Source of the DNA: an uncultured bacterium
GTDB lineage: Bacteria > Cyanobacteriota > Vampirovibrionia > Gastranaerophilales > Gastranaerophilaceae
Assembly: GCA_902796825.1 (NCBI GenBank)
Contig: CADBQQ010000053.1
Coordinates: 1-46,371 of the forward strand
DNA length: 46,371 bases
Direction: 5' to 3'
Both the position numbers and the translations under genes were made by a program. Below are positions 43,465 to 46,371 of this stretch, one piece after another. Every line of letters starts with the position of its first letter. Positions within the stretch are counted from its first letter, which is position 1. Below the pieces are notes generated by a model. It made no database searches, was not told the DNA's origin, and saw only the letters and a list, made by a program, of their open reading frames with translations.

Positions 43465-44238
43465 ATTGTCATCTCCTTCATTAATTTCTTCTGATATTAA
43501 TAATTCCATATTCGGATTTATGTTAAAACTTTTTTCTTCTCCTTGAATTTCAAGGGTAAGATTTTCTATATTACTGTTATCAAAAACAACAATATCATCC
43601 ATTTCAAGGTTTTTTAAATTGTAAAGAGAAAATTTTGTTGAACCGACAATTATTTTTGCCAAAGTTTCGGTTTCTTGAAAATCTTCTTCGGAAAATTTTT
43701 CCTCATTAGATATTATTTTATCCGGAGTCAAAAGTACGTGAGGCAGTGTCATTACTATTTTCCCGGATTTTTTACTTTGAATGTCAGAATCTTCAATCAA
43801 AAAGGTTAAATTTACTATATCGAAATTTTTCCGTTTTAATTCTTTCGGATCCGGTTCATTTAAATTTTGTTTTATGGACTTGAACAAATTAGAATTAAAA
43901 TTCGTAATAACTTTTGCTTCAAGTTCTGAAATTTTATTCAGGTCAAATTTACTTTTCAATTCTCCCAGAGATTTGTCAAGAATGAGTTTTACAGCTTTGT
44001 TTGTCAGTCTGAAAAAGACTTCATAATCATTATTAATTTTGGCTTTTGTGACAAAGCAAGGTTCTTTATCTAGCAGATAGTTTATATTTTGGCTTATAGC
44101 AATTAGATTTAATTTAAAATTTTCTCCAAAAAAATCGTTAAATGAATTCTGCACAACATTAGAAAACGTGTTTTGATACCAGTTGTATTCTTTACACAAT
44201 TCCTTTGTAGCTATTGAGTTGTTGAACTTTTCATTCAT
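43036..44238 (-). CDS. Flagellar switch protein: FliM-like middle domain plus two SpoA (FliN-type) domains plus an acidic tail
   Basis: ISELEAKVITNF is FliM-like. SpoA-like 1 is IVGSTKFSLYNLKNLEMDDIVVFD...LEIQGEEKSFNINP. SpoA-like 2 is ITLGELKDIENGLVIDL...TLKVEGRPVATGSLVIVNDRYGVRI. The last ~62 aa are about two-thirds D/E. Confidence 0.8.
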   Translation of the reverse strand: MNEKFNNSIATKELCKEYNWYQNTFSNVVQNSFNDFFGENFKLNLIAISQNINYLLDKEPCFVTKAKINNDYEVFFRLTNKAVKLILDKSLGELKSKFDLNKISELEAKVITNFNSNLFKSIKQNLNEPDPKELKRKNFDIVNLTFLIEDSDIQSKKSGKIVMTLPHVLLTPDKIISNEEKFSEEDFQETETLAKIIVGSTKFSLYNLKNLEMDDIVVFDNSNIENLTLEIQGEEKSFNINPNMELLISEEINEGDDNMGDHQNIWDNIEVEMKAELDSVKITLGELKDIENGLVIDLASLYDNNVTLKVEGRPVATGSLVIVNDRYGVRINNVIAQQSEEHSEEYSENTEEDLPQEEEGEEYDEEYDDEIEDEEDFDKEESENGEDFDYSDFELDDDNI

Positions 44239-44429
44239 CTCAACTATCCCTTTGATTTATCCCCGAGGTTAGTCTCCCCGATACTACAATAACTTATATT
44301 CCAAGGTGTGACATCAATCTTTTAATTGATATTTTAAAAAAGTCAGATTTATATGAAAAAATTTATAATTTTAATTATAGGTGCGAGCATTTAATGAGAG
44401 TTAGATAGACTTAACTTTAAATAACTTTT

Positions 44430-44457
44430 GGCGCGGCGATAGCCGCGCCTTTTATTT
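44430..44457 (+). terminator. Strong plus-strand intrinsic terminator with no annotated upstream plus-strand gene
   Basis: GGCGCGGC-gata-GCCGCGCC followed by TTTTATTT. The minus-sense version lacks a U-run. Confidence 0.7.
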
Positions 44458-44489
44458 ATGCTATAATAAATTCGAAAAAGGAGATTTAT

Positions 44490-45674
44490 ATGGAAGAAAA
44501 ACGAGCAATAATAATGGTTATTGATTCTATGGGAATTGGGGCGATGTCTGATTGTAAAGACTTTGGCGATATTCCTGAATGCAATACACTCAAGCACGTT
44601 TGTGAATTTAATCATGGCTTAAACGCACCTAATATGGAAGCGATTGGCTTAGGTTTGTTAGGGGATTTTGAAGGAATAAAGAAAGTCCAAAACCCTACAG
44701 GAACAGTCGCAACACTTGTTGAAAAATCTAAGGGTAAAGACACCACTACAGGTCACTGGGAAATTGCAGGATTGGTTTCTGAAAAGCCGTTTGCGACATA
44801 CCCTGACGGATTTCCAAGGGAACTTATAGCAAAATTTATTGAAGAAACCGGATGCGGCGGAGTTCTTGCCAATTGTCCTGCAAGCGGAACGGCAATCATA
44901 ACAGAGCTTAATTGTGAACACCACGCAACAAAGTTCCCTATAGTTTACACATCTGCTGATAGCGTATTTCAAATTGCGCTTGACACTGATTTGATAGAAC
45001 TCGAAACACTCTATGAATGGTGTCGGATTGCTCGCAGACTTCTTGATGAGGGAGGTTACAATACAGCACGAGTAATTGCAAGACCATACAAAATTATAGA
45101 CGGAAAACCAACCAGAATTTCAAAAGATAGACGTGATTTTTCAATGGCGCCAAAACATACTTATTTAAACGAATTAAAAGACGGCGGGGCTAAAGTTGTT
45201 GCAATCGGGAAAATTGAGGACATTTTTTCAAAATCGGGTATAACTCACGCAATCCACACCGGCTCTAACAAAGAGGGGCTTGAATTAACATTAAAAGCTG
45301 TTAAAAACGAATTACCGCTTGAAGAAATCGCTTACGAAAGCGGGAATAGATATAACGAAAAAACTTTGATTTTTACAAACCTTGTAGATACAGACATGCT
45401 ATACGGGCATAGGAACGATGCAGCAGGATACGGCAAAGCTATTGAAGAAATAGACACTTATGTAAAACCGATTATAGATTCTATGACGGAAAATGATTTG
45501 TTAATAATAACAGCCGATCACGGATGTGACCCTTGTGTTGAAGGAACAGATCACACAAGAGAAAAAGTTCCTGTATTATTTTATTCAAAAAAATTAAAAC
45601 CAAGTGGTAATCTGGGCGAATTACAAGGGTTTGACACAATTGTTGATTATCTTAAAGATTGGTTTTCAAAATAA
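44490..45674 (+). CDS. deoB: Phosphopentomutase
   Basis: IMVIDSMGIG, TTGHWE and ITADHGCDP motifs. AAAGGAG SD. Confidence 0.93.
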   Translation: MEEKRAIIMVIDSMGIGAMSDCKDFGDIPECNTLKHVCEFNHGLNAPNMEAIGLGLLGDFEGIKKVQNPTGTVATLVEKSKGKDTTTGHWEIAGLVSEKPFATYPDGFPRELIAKFIEETGCGGVLANCPASGTAIITELNCEHHATKFPIVYTSADSVFQIALDTDLIELETLYEWCRIARRLLDEGGYNTARVIARPYKIIDGKPTRISKDRRDFSMAPKHTYLNELKDGGAKVVAIGKIEDIFSKSGITHAIHTGSNKEGLELTLKAVKNELPLEEIAYESGNRYNEKTLIFTNLVDTDMLYGHRNDAAGYGKAIEEIDTYVKPIIDSMTENDLLIITADHGCDPCVEGTDHTREKVPVLFYSKKLKPSGNLGELQGFDTIVDYLKDWFSK

Positions 45675-45756
45675 TTGTGGAAATTTAAAATTTTTGATAT
45701 ATAATATTCACGTGGTGAAATTCCACGCGGTTATATAAAATAAGGAGAAAACTAAA

Positions 45757-45933
45757 ATGACAGTAACAATTAGTGATGATTGCATTGCTTGCGGCGCTTG
45801 CGAATCAATTTGCGACGCAGTATTTTCAATTGAGGACAAAGCAGTTGTAAACGATTCAGCAGTAGCAGACAACGTTGATGGTGTAAAAGAAGCTGCAGAT
45901 GCTTGCCCTGTTGGCGCTATCATTGTTGAATAG
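45757..45933 (+). CDS. 58-aa single-cluster 4Fe-4S ferredoxin (missed by the ORF track)
   Basis: MTVTISDDCIACGACESICDAVF...ADACPVGAIIVE has the CxxCxxC...CP pattern. TAAGGAG SD lies 9 nt upstream and the terminator at 45961-45992 follows. Confidence 0.85.
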   Translation: MTVTISDDCIACGACESICDAVFSIEDKAVVNDSAVADNVDGVKEAADACPVGAIIVE

Positions 45934-45960
45934 TTTTTCAAATCCATTGAATACTAAAAA

Positions 45961-45992
45961 AGAGATCTTATTTTTTAAGGTCTCTTTTTTTT
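45961..45992. terminator. Bidirectional intrinsic terminator
   Basis: AGAGATCTT-atttttt-AAGGTCTCT (9 bp including one G-U) flanked by A5 and T8. Confidence 0.8.
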
Positions 45993-46206
45993 ATTGAAAC
46001 ATATCCCTAAATTCAAGTTTATAGTTTAAAATTTGGGCAATAATTTGTGCCTCTTTTAACGATAAACTTTCTCGATTAAGCTTTCCTAATAAACTATTAT
46101 AGGAATACTCCTGCCCTGTTCTGGCACTTAATTCTTTTGCAAGAGATTTCAATGTTATGCCGCGCGAAGCAGCGAGCATTTTGATTTTATTCCTAATATC
46201 GTTCAT
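45991..46206 (-). CDS. Small XRE-like HTH regulator (71 aa)
   Basis: MNDIRNKIKMLAASRGITLKSLAKELSARTGQEYSYNSLLGKLNRESLSLKEAQIIAQIL. I moved the start to ATG 46206 because the upstream part of the track ORF is AT-rich promoter DNA. Confidence 0.7.
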   Translation of the reverse strand: MNDIRNKIKMLAASRGITLKSLAKELSARTGQEYSYNSLLGKLNRESLSLKEAQIIAQILNYKLEFRDMFQ

Positions 46207-46313
46207 AACAGAATAATTATATCTGTTATTGACATTTAAATTAAAATACATTATATTATTATTCGCATACAATTAATAATATTCGAATACGAATATAATA
46301 AAGGAGAAAGTTT

Positions 46314-46371
46314 ATGAAAAATAAATGTAACAATTGGTGGGTTAAAAAATCCCTCGCCCAAAATCTTTCCC
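46314..46371 (+). CDS. 5' end of an unknown gene (MKNKCNNWWVKKSLAQNLS...), truncated by the window
   Basis: AAAGGAG SD lies 7 nt upstream. It is divergent from the XRE gene. Confidence 0.45.
   Translation, partial: MKNKCNNWWVKKSLAQNLS

Noticed and set aside
45708-45947. 79-aa minus-strand ORF
   Set aside because: It is the mirror of the plus-strand ferredoxin gene, which has an SD, a Cys motif and a terminator.

Overview
AT-rich, gene-dense bacterial chromosomal window with about 50 protein genes. I saw no rRNA, tRNA, CRISPR array, transposase or integrase by eye.

Content:
- Housekeeping genes: mutL, lepA, gyrB, adk, metG, deoB, hpf, and murC-murB-ddl-ftsQ followed by a polyprenyl synthase and lepB.
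- Flagellar genes: an export block (FliM/FliN-like switch gene, fliO, fliP, fliQ, fliR) plus an isolated fliI.
- A sensory plus catalytic [FeFe]-hydrogenase cluster: 2Fe-2S ferredoxin, PAS-containing HydS-like sensor, PP2C-type phosphatase, 2Fe-2S ferredoxin, HydA-like enzyme.
- A HigBA-type toxin-antitoxin pair whose toxin is frameshifted.
- An orphan N6/N4-type methyltransferase, DUF4127 plus MntP, an orphan OppD-like ATPase, and four small XRE-type HTH genes in addition to the HigA-like antitoxin.

Most interesting signals:
1. Two sigma-28 (FliA)-type promoters with identical geometry (TAAAGWTT-N12-GCCGAAGT). They sit in front of uncharacterised genes: a 641-aa protein with helical termini and a variable core plus a small acidic partner, and a monocistronic 137-aa protein. 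This suggests an undescribed set of flagellum-coexpressed or exported proteins.
2. A family of intergenic inverted repeats whose arms are tandem 8-bp units sharing a TAAGT core. The variable dinucleotide co-varies between the two arms. Two copies run into coding 3' ends and supply stop codons.
3. A recurrent -10 hexamer, 6 nt, then ATG geometry at SD-less genes, suggesting frequent leaderless mRNAs.
4. Flagellar oddities: a FliM-SpoA-SpoA fusion with an in-frame internal SD+ATG and a long acidic tail; FliQ with a roughly 70-aa C-terminal extension; scattered fliI; no flhB after fliR.
5. Several small genes missed by the ORF track, including a 58-aa 4Fe-4S ferredoxin and a 53-aa protein with its own promoter, SD and terminator.

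Lineage guess (inference only): a low-GC, flagellated, hydrogen-metabolising anaerobe. murC-murB and ddl-ftsQ without ftsA would fit a Melainabacteria/Gastranaerophilales-like genome, but this cannot be verified from the sequence alone.
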